From a virus (Duplodnaviria; Caudoviricetes): a stretch of 61,388 bases of DNA. Location: the IMG/VR virus record IMGVR_UViG_3300020042_009157, positions 1 to 61,388 of that record. The stretch is one strand, 5' to 3'. This document shows, piece by piece, positions 18,486-28,889 of this stretch. How positions within the stretch are numbered: the stretch's first letter is position 1; every line of letters starts with the position of its first letter. The position numbers were made by a program, and so were the translations under genes. The notes beneath the pieces were generated by a model, which had not been told where the DNA came from, made no database searches, and worked only from the letters and a program-made list of their open reading frames with translations.

Positions 18486-20210
18486 TTATGCTGGGATTAT
18501 TGTTGTCGAAACACTAACTAAAAATTCATTTTTTATTGTTATAGAATTTGGATATTTAAGAACTGCATTAATACCAATTGTTTGTGTGCTGTCCAACACA
18601 TCAGAATTTATAGAAACAGCACCTGTAGAATAATTGACGTATCCAAGATTACCGTAACTGTTAATTATTGCTTTGGTAAAAGGATTTTGTGCTAATAGAA
18701 CACCTTCAGTACTATTTTTCTTACTGTCTACTAGACGTATTGTTGTTCCTTTGTAGGTAAAAGGATCTGTGGTTACCACTGTTCCTGCAGTTGTAGTGGA
18801 AGGAGTATTTAACTCATTTTTAAAGTATATTGCTTTATCAGAGCCAGATCCTTTGATTATTGATGATAAACTAGCAGCACTAGCGTCTACTCGTTTAATG
18901 TACGGATAAGCGTCTATTATTAAATTTTTTATATCAGTTAATATTACTGAATTATTAAAAATTAAAGTTGTATTATAATAATCTTCAACTAATTGTTGTA
19001 TTCCAGATTGATCTGATCCTTTTAATCCGTCTACACTTAATATTATGTTTGCTGTTATTGTTTGTGGTTGTACGTACTCTGGAAGCACAGTAACAACCGA
19101 TTTGTTCTTTAAAAAGGCTATACTTTTCTTGACAGAAGCAGTGTCGGCAGTTAATGTGGTATCAGCATAAGAAACAAATACTCTGCCAAATGCTGGAGGA
19201 TCCGCTTCTTCGCCACCCCACACATTAACTTGTTCTGATTGTGTTATATTTGACGGTAAAATATTTGAAGAAAATAATAGACCGTAATAATCGTCTTTAG
19301 TTACAGCACGATCATTTGCGGCAAACATTTTGGGAGCAAAGAATTTTACTAGATCTAAATCTACTCCATCTGTGCCACCAGCAGATTTGCTTGTTGATGA
19401 TACAGTTACTTTGCTATTCTTAATTGAAGTTATATTGTTGGCAACAGTTCCAGACGGAACCATATAAGAAACAGTAACCACATCATTTTCTGTAATTTTT
19501 TTACCAAAAGTTGATTGATAATCATTTAAAGTTTTTTTGCCAAATATTACATAAAATCCGGAAGAAGTTCTATCTAAGAAATAAACTTCACTGTCAGGTC
19601 CTGGATTAGCTTGAAATGCACTGTATTGAGCCCATGCAGTTCCATTAACTTTCACAGTCAATGTGTTTAAATCTATGTTTGTATTGCCTAAAAATCCTTT
19701 TTGATCTGCGATATCAACCACTATTTGTAAATTGTTAGCAACCGTCCTGCCTTCATACAACACAATATCAGCAGCTGTTCCTGAAGATAAACTATAATTT
19801 TGTATTGGATAGAATCTATAAGAAGCACCCGATGTGCTTAAAGCAGTGAAAAAATCAGTGTAAGCAGTTAAAGTGTCTGCTGCAGATACAGACTTAACTG
19901 TCATTTCTGTTTTAGAAGCAGATTTACCGGTAACAAGATAGCCTAGAGGTTTTACTAATGAAACTATATTATTTTCTATCTGAGCAGTATCTAAGAAAGT
20001 TTCATTACCAATCATATTACTGTAGAACGAGTAGTATAAAGTATTGTAAGACAAAATATCTAACAATACGTTAATACCAGCTCCATCAAAGTCGTATCCT
20101 TCAAAGGTAAGAGTACCATCAGCGTTCTTTAAACCACTTAAATAAGTCTTTAAAGACGTTTTAATACTGTCAAAGTCTAAAGATGAGATGTTTATTTTAG
20201 GATTAGCCAT
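18486..20210 (-). CDS. gp6: Baseplate wedge gp6
   Basis: LDFDSIKTSLK..YDFDGAGINVLLDILSYNT..NETFLDTAQ..RAVTKDDY..VWGGEE. Confidence 0.93.
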   Translation of the reverse strand: MANPKINISSLDFDSIKTSLKTYLSGLKNADGTLTFEGYDFDGAGINVLLDILSYNTLYYSFYSNMIGNETFLDTAQIENNIVSLVKPLGYLVTGKSASKTEMTVKSVSAADTLTAYTDFFTALSTSGASYRFYPIQNYSLSSGTAADIVLYEGRTVANNLQIVVDIADQKGFLGNTNIDLNTLTVKVNGTAWAQYSAFQANPGPDSEVYFLDRTSSGFYVIFGKKTLNDYQSTFGKKITENDVVTVSYMVPSGTVANNITSIKNSKVTVSSTSKSAGGTDGVDLDLVKFFAPKMFAANDRAVTKDDYYGLLFSSNILPSNITQSEQVNVWGGEEADPPAFGRVFVSYADTTLTADTASVKKSIAFLKNKSVVTVLPEYVQPQTITANIILSVDGLKGSDQSGIQQLVEDYYNTTLIFNNSVILTDIKNLIIDAYPYIKRVDASAASLSSIIKGSGSDKAIYFKNELNTPSTTTAGTVVTTDPFTYKGTTIRLVDSKKNSTEGVLLAQNPFTKAIINSYGNLGYVNYSTGAVSINSDVLDSTQTIGINAVLKYPNSITIKNEFLVSVSTTIIPA

Positions 20211-20590
20211 TACTTGTCGTTACCTACTGTTAGAGTAATACTTTTTGTTATTGATTGATCATAGACGGGAGAATATGTTATTTCTATATTCCAATAACCC
20301 AAATTAGAATCTGTAATATTTAGGCTTTGAACAAGAGCTCTAGGTTCATGTACTCCTATAGCAGCCGTCAGCTCTTTTTCTTTTAGTCTTGTACGCAGAG
20401 GAGATAACTGATTAAAAACTAAATCGTAAGCATTTCCACCAAAAGTAAAATCAAAGAATCGTTCTCCTTTGGTTGTTAATATTATATTTTTAATAGATTG
20501 GCCTATTGCAGCAATATCCAATTTATAATTAATATCGTTGGTTATTTCATTTTTAGTTAGATATAGGTCTATGTCTGTGTATTTTGCCAT
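20210..20590 (-). CDS. gp25: Baseplate wedge gp25
   Basis: YTDIDL..AIGQSIKNIILTTKGERFF..HEPRA. Confidence 0.92.
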   Translation of the reverse strand: MAKYTDIDLYLTKNEITNDINYKLDIAAIGQSIKNIILTTKGERFFDFTFGGNAYDLVFNQLSPLRTRLKEKELTAAIGVHEPRALVQSLNITDSNLGYWNIEITYSPVYDQSITKSITLTVGNDK

Positions 20591-20591
20591 T

Positions 20592-21455
20592 TTATTCTAC
20601 TCCATCTCGCATAAGATAGAGATACATGGAATGTTTCTGTGCTGTTAAGATTCTTTGTATTTTGTAAATCATCCAACGACCACCAAAATTAAAGTAATCT
20701 ACATTTACTATTCTTCCTGGTCTGGCTTCAAAATTACCGTGAACAAGAATTTTAATTCTTTGAGTGTTCATTAATGCGGTTTGTGCTTTTCTAAGAAGTG
20801 GTGTTTTTGGTGGAGTGTTCCAGAATGTAGCCGCAGTTTTTGAATATTCTTTATAGTATTGAAAATATGGACCAATTAAACTACCGTTTCCACAATTTAC
20901 TGTATTATCTAAAACTTCACTAGAATCTGGTGGGAATGGCGATTCACCAAACAATTTTCGTTTGTCATAATTGTAATAGTATTTTTTATCTGATGTAGCA
21001 ACCAACTGTTCAGTATTACCGGCATCACCACCACTGTCAGTATCAATTTTAACTTCAATATAAGATCTCCAAGCCGCATCAACATCACCAACATCAGTAA
21101 ATTTTTGTTCAGTAGGACTATCACAATTTGTACAATTATAGTCCGCATGAGGATTACCGTAATCTATTCCAATCCAATCACTGTTTAATTTTTGTTTAAT
21201 TAATAAACATTCGCTTGTTCCATTTTTTAATTCGGCTAGATAAGTATCGGTTGGTTCTGCACCAGAAGGTTGTAATTCTGCAACTTTATCCGGACATGTG
21301 CAGTACGGTTGATCTTTTGGGCAGTTTATATTAGAAACTGGCCCATATGGACTCATACAAGCATATTCATTATTTGTATAAAAAGAATTTATTCCTTTCT
21401 TATACGGAGGATACGAGTATTCATCGCTTGTTGTGTTGTATGGAAATTGAGACAT
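20592..21455 (-). CDS. Probable C-terminal part of baseplate hub (gp27-like)
   Basis: Ends IKILVHGNFEARPGRIVNV..GGRWMIYKIQRIL..MYLYLMRD, a hub-type terminal barrel. Start moved to MSQF at 21455. Confidence 0.55.
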   Translation of the reverse strand: MSQFPYNTTSDEYSYPPYKKGINSFYTNNEYACMSPYGPVSNINCPKDQPYCTCPDKVAELQPSGAEPTDTYLAELKNGTSECLLIKQKLNSDWIGIDYGNPHADYNCTNCDSPTEQKFTDVGDVDAAWRSYIEVKIDTDSGGDAGNTEQLVATSDKKYYYNYDKRKLFGESPFPPDSSEVLDNTVNCGNGSLIGPYFQYYKEYSKTAATFWNTPPKTPLLRKAQTALMNTQRIKILVHGNFEARPGRIVNVDYFNFGGRWMIYKIQRILTAQKHSMYLYLMRDGVE

Positions 21456-21475
21456 TTTTATTATATATTTAATGT

Positions 21476-23644
21476 TTAACAATCGGCGCACAAACCGTCA
21501 TGGCCATTTTCTACATCAAACAAGTATAGATTATCTACCGGAATTGCTTGTTTTTCTGTTACTAAATTATTTTTTGGTAAAGTAATTCCTTTTATTCCTG
21601 TTAGTGTTTCTTTTGGTATCCTATACATCTGTACTATTCGGCCACCAAAATAAAAATCATCAGTAAAGGGTTGGGTTCCATCGTCGTCAAATGCAGGTGG
21701 ACAATCACCAGTTAGAACTCTAAATTTACCTACTGGCATCATTGCAAAATTATTTGGATAGGATGATAACGAAGTTTTATCACCTGTTATTCCTAGTCCA
21801 TCACTAATGCCCGGATTCATCATTAATGTCCAAGGACCGGCATTACCACCATATAATTCAAAATCATCGGGAATTCTAGAGTTTAAAATTTCATTTAAAT
21901 TATAAGCTCTGGTGTCTGGAAATTCTTCTAGGTTTGGTTCTGGTGGTGCCATTCCTTGTGCGGCACCTTGGGGTCTGATGAAAACAAACGGAAAACTTTT
22001 ATCTTCAAACTCTATTATTTGATAAAATGGATCGGATAATATGCTTGCAGCTTGATCTCTAGGCCAAAATTCTATTTCGGTCCATGTATATTTGAACACA
22101 CCACTGGAATCCTTTTCTATATCTTCAGTTGATTCTACTGTTTCTTGTGCTGCTTCATCTATTGTATCAACTGTAATTGTTCCGCCATTACTTCCATAAA
22201 TTTTTTCTGCACCAGTTAATACGGCAAAGAATGTCTCAGGAACTGGTCTCACACAACAAACACTATTTTTATAAACTTCCCATTTTTTCTTTAATCTTTT
22301 TTCTTCTGCATATAATTGACGAGACTCAACTAAAGGCCATTTAATCTCTTTATAAATTTTTCTTAACCAAGTACCAGGCAATTCACAAAAATCAAACTGA
22401 GCTCTCCAATATTTAACTTCCATTCTTTCTTCTTCTACAGTAAAAGAAGGATCGTCTGAATATGAATTATATCCATTATAATAATTCCACCAAGGAGGAT
22501 CTTTTCTATTATATGCTTCAGAATAATAACCATAATTGGTATCAGTGATACGATAAGTACTACTTAAATATCCTGGATAGTCTTTGACTGGATTTTTTGA
22601 TATTTTTTTCCACTCTTGACCATCTTCTTTATATTCATATTTAAACAAAAAATTACTCAATTCTCCGTTGGTATCAATAAAATTACTGTAAATATCCCCC
22701 CAATTTGGTTTTGTTCGTAAATATTCACTAAAAATTGCACCACTGGCCAAAAGATTTGGTGGAACAACAGCATTAATAACTTCAAAAGAAACTATAGCGT
22801 TGGCTGCGTTTTCATCTAATACTGGGCTAAAAGATAAATGAGGATATTTGTTTTCTTCGTATTCTTCAATTAAACTTTCAATGCATCTAAAATTCCAATT
22901 ATACAAATCTTCCCAAAAGAAGAAATTAACTGCTTTTGGGTTTTTAGCATAACAAGCGTACTCGCAGACATAATTCATTATTTGAGAAAATTTAGAAATA
23001 TTAGCAGATTTAGAAAACGGATAAAAAAACGGATCGTGTTTATACCAAATAGCATTGAATGTTGGATCTGCTTTTAATTCTTTAAAATATCCTGATTCGG
23101 TATCTGGCTGTGCTTTTGCCATTATATCCTGCACAAATCCATCCATTATTTCATCGGATGGTGGTAAATCAACACCTTCAACAAATTCTTCTTTATCTTG
23201 CCCAGTTTGTGATATTTTACCAATAAAGTCTTGCACGTATGCAGTGTTGAAATTTTGATATAAAAATACTTTGGAAGCAAAGCGAACAATAATTTTAACT
23301 GGCCTTCCTTCTGGTCCTGTTAAACGCTTTGAAGCTAGATCTGTAAGTACTTGGATATCCACAATATCAAATTCAAAAGTTTCTGTTTCATTTGCTGAAA
23401 TATTGTGTGAAATTCTTACAACATTATTAAAACTTAATTGATTAGCGTAAGAAAGATTAGGACTAGGATCCACAAACTCTATAGAACCAAAAATAGACTC
23501 AGCAAACATGTCTTCATCTATTGTAATTTGTTGAAATAATACCTGTTCATTATCAAACGTTGCATTTCTTGGAAATATCTCTAAATCACCAATCGTGACT
23601 TTTAAACCAATAATGTTAGGAAATGGTATGTTCGGTTCGCTCAT
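21476..23644 (-). CDS. Probable N-terminal part of baseplate hub (gp27-like)
   Basis: ITIDEDMFAESIFGSIEFVD and FFFWEDLYNWNFRCIESLI, as in hub proteins that follow gp53. Confidence 0.6.
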   Translation of the reverse strand: MSEPNIPFPNIIGLKVTIGDLEIFPRNATFDNEQVLFQQITIDEDMFAESIFGSIEFVDPSPNLSYANQLSFNNVVRISHNISANETETFEFDIVDIQVLTDLASKRLTGPEGRPVKIIVRFASKVFLYQNFNTAYVQDFIGKISQTGQDKEEFVEGVDLPPSDEIMDGFVQDIMAKAQPDTESGYFKELKADPTFNAIWYKHDPFFYPFSKSANISKFSQIMNYVCEYACYAKNPKAVNFFFWEDLYNWNFRCIESLIEEYEENKYPHLSFSPVLDENAANAIVSFEVINAVVPPNLLASGAIFSEYLRTKPNWGDIYSNFIDTNGELSNFLFKYEYKEDGQEWKKISKNPVKDYPGYLSSTYRITDTNYGYYSEAYNRKDPPWWNYYNGYNSYSDDPSFTVEEERMEVKYWRAQFDFCELPGTWLRKIYKEIKWPLVESRQLYAEEKRLKKKWEVYKNSVCCVRPVPETFFAVLTGAEKIYGSNGGTITVDTIDEAAQETVESTEDIEKDSSGVFKYTWTEIEFWPRDQAASILSDPFYQIIEFEDKSFPFVFIRPQGAAQGMAPPEPNLEEFPDTRAYNLNEILNSRIPDDFELYGGNAGPWTLMMNPGISDGLGITGDKTSLSSYPNNFAMMPVGKFRVLTGDCPPAFDDDGTQPFTDDFYFGGRIVQMYRIPKETLTGIKGITLPKNNLVTEKQAIPVDNLYLFDVENGHDGLCADC

Positions 23645-25479
23645 AATTCACTTATTTTAATTTTATTATCTGTATTATTTTTTAATAAATTTGCCACTGC
23701 AGTTTGTAAGTTATTAACGCCGGTTTGGCTTAATTGCTTAATCTGTGTTTTATTGTAAAGATCAATATCTAAAAGTTCTTTTCTTAAAGTTATAAATTCA
23801 TCGTTATCGTTTCCTTGTTGATAACCTGTAATATACGTATTTTGCCAGTTATTATCGGAACCAATATTTAATATTTGACCAGCTTGTTGTATGTATTTTG
23901 TTGAATCCAAATACTTTTGAATGCCAAGTAATTGATTTTGAATTGTTCTTATTTGAACGTATTTGTTTTGATCCGAATCGTATCTCCAAACAGAAACTAT
24001 AGTGCCTGAAGGATCATCAAATGATACTGGAAGTGTGTCTGGGAATTGATAAGTTTTTACAAATATTCTTTTGTATTCACTATCAACAGTTTCAACCACT
24101 CCCAAATATTTTTTATTTGTGTCTGTTCCTCTTAGTATAATATGGTCATAACCAGAATCTATTTGAGAAAAAGAACCACTAAGACCTAATGGAATGACTT
24201 TTTCTAGGATTTGACCAGCACATTCAGCATCGCCGTATTTTAATATATTACCCCAAACAACTAGTTGTTTGTTGGTATTAATAGCAGCAGAATGGTATCG
24301 TCCTGCTGAAACTGCAGTGTATGTTCCTGTAGGAATGTTTAACTGGCCGTCTGCAGCTGCTCCCCAAGCGTATGCAGTACCATTAGAATGCACAGCAAGG
24401 GCGTGATTATAAGTGGCAGACACCATGGTGATACCAGTAACGCCTGCTGGAACAACTAGTTGTTGATACGTATTTAAACCCCAAGCAGTAAGACCGTAGT
24501 TTGCGCCTAAAATACCAACACAGAATCCAGCACCACAATCAGCATCGTAAAAAGTTACTCCTGCTGGCGCAGATGTACCAAAATCTACAAGAGTTCCGTT
24601 TTCTTTTATTCCTACACCACCAGATAAATCACTGGTCCATGCGGTTTTAACTATTCCGGTTGCACCAGAAGCAGGCACTGTGAAATCATCACACTCATCA
24701 CCAAAACAATACATGGAACCGTCTCTGATGGCAACAATTCTGTCACCGGATGCGTCAATATAAGAGTAATTTCCTGTTTTAGATTTGTATAGTTCTCCAA
24801 ACTTATTAAAAGAACCAGTGTACTCATCAGTAGATGGTAGATATATTCCAGCCAATCCTATATCTTTACCCCAAGCATAAATGTAACCTCTAGAGTCTAA
24901 GCAAGAACTAAAATAATTACCATTGGATATTTGAGTAATATTTGGTTGTTGATTAAATGTGTCTGGGATTATGGATTGACCGTATTGTGGAGAACCGCAC
25001 GAAGACTCGGATGTCACACCTCCAGCACCATAACACTTAATACTAAACGGACCAGTGCCTGTTTCGTAGATTAATATGTCGCCAGCCGAAATATTGTCAA
25101 GGTTAGTTCCAGTATATCCCTTTAAAAAATCACCAGTAAACCCAGTGGAACCAGCTGCTGGGATAAAATCAGAGATGTTAGCAAACTGATACACCCAACT
25201 ATCATATTCCAATTCTATTTGAGAATTGTAACTTTCTTGTGTTTGCGCCCAGTCACGTAACGGATTTCTTACACCGTTAACTAAAAATAAAGACCAGTAG
25301 TACTGAGGATCATTATATAAACGATAAGAAATCTGATCAGCACGTTCGCCTGGTTGTGCCTGAGTTGTAAGAATTGCTCCCGGACGGTCAAACACCAAAT
25401 TTATAGACTTAAAAATATTCGTAACTTCGTAAGTTCCGCCTTCGAATCCATACTGTATTTTAGGAAAGAATTGAAACAT
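23641..25479 (-). CDS. gp53: Baseplate wedge gp53 with inserted RCC1-like repeats
   Basis: FQFFPKIQY..GERADQISYRLYNDPQYYWSLFLVN is gp53; internal VSAGRYHSAAI..LVVWG-type RCC1 repeats. Confidence 0.82.
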   Translation of the reverse strand: MFQFFPKIQYGFEGGTYEVTNIFKSINLVFDRPGAILTTQAQPGERADQISYRLYNDPQYYWSLFLVNGVRNPLRDWAQTQESYNSQIELEYDSWVYQFANISDFIPAAGSTGFTGDFLKGYTGTNLDNISAGDILIYETGTGPFSIKCYGAGGVTSESSCGSPQYGQSIIPDTFNQQPNITQISNGNYFSSCLDSRGYIYAWGKDIGLAGIYLPSTDEYTGSFNKFGELYKSKTGNYSYIDASGDRIVAIRDGSMYCFGDECDDFTVPASGATGIVKTAWTSDLSGGVGIKENGTLVDFGTSAPAGVTFYDADCGAGFCVGILGANYGLTAWGLNTYQQLVVPAGVTGITMVSATYNHALAVHSNGTAYAWGAAADGQLNIPTGTYTAVSAGRYHSAAINTNKQLVVWGNILKYGDAECAGQILEKVIPLGLSGSFSQIDSGYDHIILRGTDTNKKYLGVVETVDSEYKRIFVKTYQFPDTLPVSFDDPSGTIVSVWRYDSDQNKYVQIRTIQNQLLGIQKYLDSTKYIQQAGQILNIGSDNNWQNTYITGYQQGNDNDEFITLRKELLDIDLYNKTQIKQLSQTGVNNLQTAVANLLKNNTDNKIKISEL

Positions 25480-26306
25480 TATCTCCACTCTCCTCGTGGT
25501 GGTTCTGCTCTTCCACTACCAGATATAAAGCGTTCTGCTCTATTGACTAATGATAGTGTTCCACTAGAAGTATTTGTACCTGTTTGCATTGCAGGTTCTA
25601 GTTCTACAAATAATAGTTTTATATTTAATGCTATAGGTCTGTAATTTGGTGTGGTAAAGGGTGTATTTAAAATTGGTGATCTGTTTATATCTACCTGTTT
25701 TAATACAGACGGCAGTGGTTGTCCGTCCCAGTAGTCTGGAACAAAACCTTGTTTAGTAGAAGTTGCCTCAAAATACCAAAGATATGGATGTTTCATGGTT
25801 AAAAGTGATGCAGTATTTGCTATAGGAAAGCAGTTATTTTGAAATAATAGGGCTATAGTATTTGCTATTTTTGCTTGTGCTTCGTTTTTTGCTACCATAT
25901 TTATTTCAAAACTGTGAGTTCGCCTAGCACCTGGCTCTAAAATAGTTTCAAAGTGATCAAAGCGAATTACCGAACCGCCACTAAAAAAACTGCTAGCAAG
26001 TTCTTTTGTTGCTGTTATTTGTTGTCCTAGCGTTCCTAATAGATTGCCAGTTTCTACAGACTGAACGTTTAAGCTACCACCAGCAGTATACGTTTGACTA
26101 TTACTCGTATTCATTTGTCTTGGATATGGAATACTAATAGCACCAGCCGGATTAGTTGTTATATAATTTCTTGTTCTATTTTTATTAAAAGTACTCCACG
26201 CAGATACATAAAACGTCATCCAGACAGGAATCTCGTTTTCGTACTCGTCTCCTGGTGGTGGAAATTGGTAATAATTGCTGGTATTTGGATTTACTGGTTG
26301 TGCCAT
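25479..26306 (-). CDS. gp48: Baseplate tail-tube cap gp48
   Basis: RTHSFEINMVAKNEAQA..PSVLKQVDIN..PIALNIKLLFVELE; position next to gp53. Confidence 0.78.
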   Translation of the reverse strand: MAQPVNPNTSNYYQFPPPGDEYENEIPVWMTFYVSAWSTFNKNRTRNYITTNPAGAISIPYPRQMNTSNSQTYTAGGSLNVQSVETGNLLGTLGQQITATKELASSFFSGGSVIRFDHFETILEPGARRTHSFEINMVAKNEAQAKIANTIALLFQNNCFPIANTASLLTMKHPYLWYFEATSTKQGFVPDYWDGQPLPSVLKQVDINRSPILNTPFTTPNYRPIALNIKLLFVELEPAMQTGTNTSSGTLSLVNRAERFISGSGRAEPPRGEWR

Positions 26307-26312
26307 TTGTGT

Positions 26313-26320
26313 TATAAATA
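26313..26320 (+). promoter_or_regulatory. T4-like late promoter TATAAATA
   Basis: Exact consensus about 15 nt before the gp4 ATG. Confidence 0.75.
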
Positions 26321-26335
26321 TATATTGGAATTTAC

Positions 26336-26767
26336 ATGGCGTATAAAACTAAATATGAACCAAAAAATCCACAAAAGTATGTTGGTAACTACGCCAACAT
26401 AGTGTGTCGTTCTAATTGGGAACGTAAATTCTGCAAGTATTTGGATGAAAATAATAATGTTGTTAGATGGTCCAGCGAAGAAATAAAAATTCCATATCTG
26501 TCTACAATAGACAGACAGATACACCAGTATTACCCAGATTTTGTGTTTGAAGCATTAAAAGGTGAACAAGTTGAAACTTTCATGGTAGAAATAAAACCTA
26601 AAAAGCAAACAATACAACCAGCTCCTAGAAAAAATAAAAGAGCGTATCTAAACGAATGCATCACATACGAAACCAACACATGTAAATGGAAAGCAGCAAA
26701 CGCGTACTGTAAAGATAAAGGGTGGACTTTTAAAATATTAACAGAAGAAAACCTATTTAAAGGCTAA
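26336..26767 (+). CDS. gp4: Head completion nuclease gp4
   Basis: PKNPQKYVG..RSNWERKFC..WSSEE..YYPDF..VEIKPKKQT..KWKAA. Confidence 0.93.
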   Translation: MAYKTKYEPKNPQKYVGNYANIVCRSNWERKFCKYLDENNNVVRWSSEEIKIPYLSTIDRQIHQYYPDFVFEALKGEQVETFMVEIKPKKQTIQPAPRKNKRAYLNECITYETNTCKWKAANAYCKDKGWTFKILTEENLFKG

Positions 26768-26768
26768 A

Positions 26769-27380
26769 ATGGCATATCCAGACAACAACGACGTAAATTC
26801 ACTGATTGGTTTTTTTCAGGGAGTATCCGGATTTCAACGATCAAACAGATTTAAGGTGGTTATTAATGTTCCAACCCAAATAACCACACAATATTCTGGC
26901 CAGTTTCCTATAGTAAACAAACAAATATCTTTATTTGCAACAACAGTGCAAATTCCACAACAAGTAATCACGTACTTTCCTGATACCATGTCTCCTTCTG
27001 GTGCTGAGATTGATATTCCTTTAAAAAGAGGATTTGATGAAAGATTTATAATAGACTTTATAGTAGATTCTAAATGGCAAGCCAGAAGATTTTTTGAAGC
27101 TTGGATGAATATCATGTTTATTAACAGCAGTGATACTCCTAAATTTAAAAATTCAATTATAGTAAATTATCAAAATAATATTAGCAGTACTGTTGATATT
27201 TACGCCCTAGACCAAAACGGAAACACTAATAGACAAATAACATTGTACCAAGCGTGGCCAAGCACACTACTTCCAACTCAAATGATGAATGATGCTCCTA
27301 ACGATTATTTAACTTTAAGTGTGGATATGAACTATAGATACTATAGAGCGTTTGACGCAAAAGGTGCGTTTGAAACTTAA
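26769..27380 (+). CDS. gp54: Tail-tube initiator gp54 (gp19-like fold)
   Basis: GFQRSNRFKV..RRFFEAWMN..LYQAWPS..LSVDMNYRY; between gp4 and gp26. Confidence 0.72.
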   Translation: MAYPDNNDVNSLIGFFQGVSGFQRSNRFKVVINVPTQITTQYSGQFPIVNKQISLFATTVQIPQQVITYFPDTMSPSGAEIDIPLKRGFDERFIIDFIVDSKWQARRFFEAWMNIMFINSSDTPKFKNSIIVNYQNNISSTVDIYALDQNGNTNRQITLYQAWPSTLLPTQMMNDAPNDYLTLSVDMNYRYYRAFDAKGAFET

Positions 27381-27382
27381 TT

Positions 27383-28276
27383 ATGGCTATTAAAGATCTT
27401 TTATTATCGTCTCTACCGCAGTACTGCGAAACATTAGCTTCCGGAAAAGAAGTGTGTTTTAGACCAATGATTGTTTCTGAGGAAAAGGCCATGTTGTTGG
27501 CAAAACACTCTGAAAACAAACAAACCATACTAAAAACATTAACTAATATAATTTCCACCTGTTTTAATGGTTCTAAAGACTGGTCTATTGCAGATTTTGA
27601 ACACATGTTTCTATTGCTTCGAGCAAAATCTATAGGCGAGGTAGAAGGATTTACAATCAAATGCCCAGTGACTGCAGAAGACGTTAATATTAAAATAAAT
27701 TTGTTAAAAGACGTTAAATTAACAAAATCAAAAGCTAATAATAAAGTTAAATTAAATGAAAATTTAGTTGTTGTATTTAAAGAACCAACAATAAAAACAC
27801 TGGCAAAATATCCAGACTACAAAGAAACAACAGAACAATTATACGGATTTATGGGTTCTTGTATCAAACAAATACAAAATCAAAAAGAAATTATTGATTG
27901 TTCTGAACTGTCAGAAAAAGAAATAACAGAATTTATTGAAAATTTGACCTCAATACAATTTAAAAGCATAACTGATTATTTTGATTCTTTACCTCAAGTA
28001 GAAATTATTTCAAAATACGAAACTTCAGATGGGGTAAAACGAGAAATAAAAATTAAAGGTCTGTTTGATTACATTAATTTTTTTTTTAGTCACCTGAATC
28101 TTCAATTGTTTTATACTCAAAACTTTCAAATGAAGTATCAGCATAATTACAGTTTAGAAGAAATAGAAAACATGATTCCATTTGAACGAGCTGTTTATGT
28201 GGAACAAGTAAGAGCACATTTAAATAAAGAAAAACAAAGATTATCCCAGAATATAGGAGCCCCATCAAATGGATGA
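27383..28276 (+). CDS. gp26: Baseplate hub assembly gp26 fused in frame to gp51
   Basis: LPQY..FRPMIVSEEK..DFEHMFLLLRAKSIGE is gp26; YSLEEIENMIPFERAVYV is gp51; a T10 run sits at the junction. Confidence 0.85.
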   Translation: MAIKDLLLSSLPQYCETLASGKEVCFRPMIVSEEKAMLLAKHSENKQTILKTLTNIISTCFNGSKDWSIADFEHMFLLLRAKSIGEVEGFTIKCPVTAEDVNIKINLLKDVKLTKSKANNKVKLNENLVVVFKEPTIKTLAKYPDYKETTEQLYGFMGSCIKQIQNQKEIIDCSELSEKEITEFIENLTSIQFKSITDYFDSLPQVEIISKYETSDGVKREIKIKGLFDYINFFFSHLNLQLFYTQNFQMKYQHNYSLEEIENMIPFERAVYVEQVRAHLNKEKQRLSQNIGAPSNG

Positions 28277-28886
28277 TATTAAAAAATTAAATAGTTCTTT
28301 TTTTTCTGGTTCTTCAATACAACCAGAAATTACCTCCAGAATAGCGTCTCAAGAGAAAAGTAAACGCGCAATGGAAGATACGCAATCAGAAGAATCAAAT
28401 GTAGATATAAACCAACAACCAACACAATATAAAACCACTCCGGTGCAAATATCCACCCAACAACCAACACCATACAAAACTGCTCCTATGCGAATAGCGT
28501 CTCAAGAGAACACTAAACGAGCAGTACAGTACACAGAATCAAACCAACCTCAACAAATATCATTCTCTGATGCTGTTGGTCAAGCAAAAGCTGCAATAGC
28601 CAATTTAAATCCAAACGCAATAAAAGGCATGAATCAAGCAGACGCCATAAAGTATACTAAAAATAGCATAGCAGATTTAGAAACAAAAATGGCGCAAGTT
28701 GCTAATTTAAGTTCAATGGCAGACAGTTCAAAAGTACAAAATAATCCAAATCAAGCACCCATTGTTGCTCCCAATACTCAAGTTTCCAATAATGTCAGTA
28801 ATGTGACAAATATTACATCAGACTATTTAAGAAATATTACAGCAAGTTATAGAACTACTCCTCAATGGAGAGATCTACAAGGATAA
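28269..28886 (+). CDS. Low-complexity Q/S/T/N-rich hypothetical protein with internal repeats
   Basis: RIASQE..KRA x2 and QQPT.YKT.P x2. Confidence 0.7.
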   Translation: MDDIKKLNSSFFSGSSIQPEITSRIASQEKSKRAMEDTQSEESNVDINQQPTQYKTTPVQISTQQPTPYKTAPMRIASQENTKRAVQYTESNQPQQISFSDAVGQAKAAIANLNPNAIKGMNQADAIKYTKNSIADLETKMAQVANLSSMADSSKVQNNPNQAPIVAPNTQVSNNVSNVTNITSDYLRNITASYRTTPQWRDLQG

Positions 28887-28889
28887 AAG

